Of a stretch of DNA of 64,000 nt, positions 61,494 through 64,000 are shown piece after piece. How positions within the stretch are numbered: the first letter of the stretch is position 1; each line of letters opens with the position of its first letter. The notes below the pieces were generated by a model. The model was not told where the DNA came from and did not search any database. It worked only from the letters and a program-made list of their open reading frames with translations. Where the stretch lies: NCBI RefSeq assembly GCF_000315625.1, contig NW_005434655.1:190093-254092 (forward strand), given 5' to 3'. The position numbers and the translations under genes were made by a program. The DNA comes from Guillardia theta CCMP2712 (lineage: Eukaryota > Protista > Cryptophyta).

Positions 61494-62333
61494 CTATGTG
61501 ACAGCAGAATTCAATCGCGGAATATTTCCGAATGCCGCTGGAATCTTCAAAGACTTTCGAACAAGCAAGGAACTGAATGCACCAGGTTAGAAGTGCAAAC
61601 ATCGAGAGGATGATGAAGAAGAGAATTTACAACTCTCACCTCTGAGAAGATCCTGTCATCCCGTTCGCTCGCATGATGTCATTGACCTGTCCCATTCAGA
61701 GTTAGTGCAACGACTGATTCAATGAGATATTACAGTAACTCGGTACTTCAGCGCAAGGGCTGATAGGGTGTCGTCGCGAGAAACATTGTGCATGATGAAG
61801 TTCGAGTCTGAGTTGGAGGTAGATCTGTTGGTAGGCTGTTCATGTGACGTCACTTTCACATCCGTCGATTTCGCCCCAGGCTCTGGAGATTTGGTTGGCT
61901 GACTACGGTTTACGTCAACAGAAGCCATAGCTGACGCACTGTAGTGCAGATAAGTGCGTGTGAACGTCCCGTAATTCCTCTGACTGCTCCAAAGTGGCTT
62001 GATTTCGTCCTCCGTCTTCCAGTCTACAAGTTTTCCCAAGGTTTCAGAGTCCTCGTCTTCATCGAGATCGCCCCTTCGAGTTGCCACAGGACGTGATTGA
62101 TCATCACCAGCATTAGAGCATGCTTTCGTTCTCCTTGAACTTGATTCAGGCCGTTTATGATTGTTTGCATGCTTAATGTCGTCAAAAGTCCGCGCGATGC
62201 CTAGCCTCACATGCTTGCTGGGCGAGCTGGCTTCCTTCAAGGCCGATATCGCCACAGCATTCTCAGCAGATGAGCCACCGAGAAGAGTATTTGAAAAATT
62301 CATGCTGGTTGAAAGCAGGGACTGAAACAGCAT
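61494..62333 (-). CDS. LysM-domain protein
   Basis: C-terminal HNVSRDDTLSALALKYRVT|VNDIMRANGMTGSSQ|SSLLVRKSLKIP is a LysM motif split by two introns. Confidence 0.8.
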
Positions 62334-62939
62334 ACTGACCTCACCTTGCGCAAGCTGAGCTCCGTCAATCGCACAAGTGCCGTTGACGGTCAGCACTTTT
62401 TCAAAGGAAAATGTCGTTCAGGCCTGTTTGAATGAGAAATATCAGTATAATACGAATCAAAAGTATCCAATATTCATCACAACAAAGTTACTTCAAGAGA
62501 TAAGATAACTGGTATGATGATGATTCGCGGATCACGAGGAAACGATCAAAAATGCACATTGGAGCTGTAACAATAAAAAAAAAATCCTACCACTCGGGAG
62601 ACAGACACAACCTCAACCAAGAGAAGAACTTCACTTTCAATTGATCAGCAAGAATCATCAGAAGTAGATCTCTATTTCTGCACATTGACTCTTCTCCTTC
62701 ACATCTCTTCTCTCCCACGCGTCTGAGCAGCATCTCAATTTCTCACCGCCATGGCGTCGCTTGGTATTTTGAGGAAAACCCACCCCCACCCCCCATATCC
62801 AACCACTACCCCCATGGAGGAAGTCTGCATTGACCCCCTCTGTTTACACCGACCACCCACCCTATTTCACCGCCATGTTCATTGTTGCATGTTCTGCCTT
62901 GTATGAAATTCAAAGTCTCTTTACTCAAAGTTAAGTTAA

Positions 62940-63325
62940 AAATCAGTACGAGACTATTCCGATCAGTGCCGGCCCCTGCAACCGGCGCACTGGCAGAGGA
63001 ACCGTTTGTTCCGAGCCGGGGTGGCCGGGCCGGCCCAGCGGCGGCCGGGCGGTCACCGGGTCGCCGGGTGACTCAGACGGTCACGGTCCGAACTATCACT
63101 GATCGTCGCGATGATCCGAGACTGCCCGCCAGCTGCTGCGGCAGACTCTGCGATTCAGTACTACTGAGTACCGGGGCCCGGCCTAGTACCGGCGTGGGCC
63201 GTCAGCACGGTCGCCGGGGCCCGGGCCGGCCCGGAGAGGCCCAGCGGCCCGGCCGGCCCGGCGCCGGGCTGTCGGTCCGATCACTGAGGAGTCCGAGTGT
63301 CAGAGTCACGGTCACGGTATGACTT
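62940..63325. repeat. GC-rich palindromic intergenic block
   Basis: ggccgggccggcc, gtcacc..ggtgac and tcagta-c-tactga words; same vocabulary as the other blocks. Confidence 0.55.
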
Positions 63326-64000
63326 CATGCTTTGGAATGTAGGGGTGGAATGAAATACCACCCCTACATTTGAAGGGAAATATTTGCTGATCCTCATAGA
63401 AATGGAGGGGTACCCACTTCTCGTGTAGGGGGTCCGGGTGTATGTTGAAAGTTTAGTCAACTGCCACGAGCGCTCCTCTGTGGACGATGGCGGGAGGAGG
63501 GTTGGGACGCAAGGAGCGATGGAGCAGAGGGGGGGTGGGGAGAGATGCTAGATCAGGAAGGTGCCATGATCAAGATTGAGATCAAGGGCGGTCCTGTGGG
63601 ATGGTAGATCAGGACAAGTGTCGGGATCAAGATTGGGATCGGACACAGGAGGAAGGGCAGGAGCGGATTGGAAAGGAAATGTGAAGGTGTCAAGGGAAAA
63701 TCAATAGGAGCATTGGTATCACGTGCATGGTTGTAATCAAATCGTATGATAGTCTTGAAATGGCATCAGGTGTGTAGGAAGGAAGGGGAGATGGGTGGCT
63801 TTGGGAAACGGGCAGGGATAGGAGTTTAGTACTAGGAAAGTTTTAGCAATAAGAAGGATCAACGAATAGACGGCATTTCAAGTCAAAGACTGTAAGGGAA
63901 GGGAGCAATTTCTTCACAACAAAAATGAAAATTCAGGCTCAGTGTAGACTTGGAAAGTTGTCTGATTACCATGGTACCACGACTTCGATGCCTGACGGTG

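Overview
Gene-dense, intron-rich eukaryotic nuclear DNA. It has short GT-AG introns, many filled with (GGA)n/(TCC)n/(GAT)n microsatellites, and five N-gaps. A GUN4 gene with a signal peptide followed by Phe, a Zn2Cys6 transcription factor and the intron style point to an alga with a red secondary plastid, most likely a cryptophyte such as Guillardia theta (inference). Genes spliced by hand: a PEMT/ICMT-family methyltransferase, two paralogous small acidic proteins, a voltage-sensor-only CNBD-channel relative, cathepsin B, a pepsin-like protein, COMMD7, RPL9, a bacterial-type fused indolepyruvate:ferredoxin oxidoreductase (IOR), an ARM-repeat protein, TTI1, a double Zn2Cys6 factor, TAF9, MsrB, GUN4, a galactokinase-TPR fusion, WEE1, a Kazal-rhodanese protein and a LysM protein. 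The most notable observations are: (1) an apparently circularly permuted, catalytically degenerate pepsin fold; (2) an intron-containing, probably mitochondrion-targeted IOR; (3) a CxxCxxxCxxC insertion in GUN4; (4) a secreted, possibly GPI-anchored Kazal-rhodanese fusion; (5) a duplicated MF...Q-x-L microprotein gene with an ATG-only first coding exon and a near-identical 3' UTR; (6) recurrent intergenic blocks built from short palindromes, and TACCCC/GGGGTA clusters near gene starts. Most long low-complexity ORFs in the supplied track are microsatellite artefacts. No database searches were run, and exon boundaries are manual.
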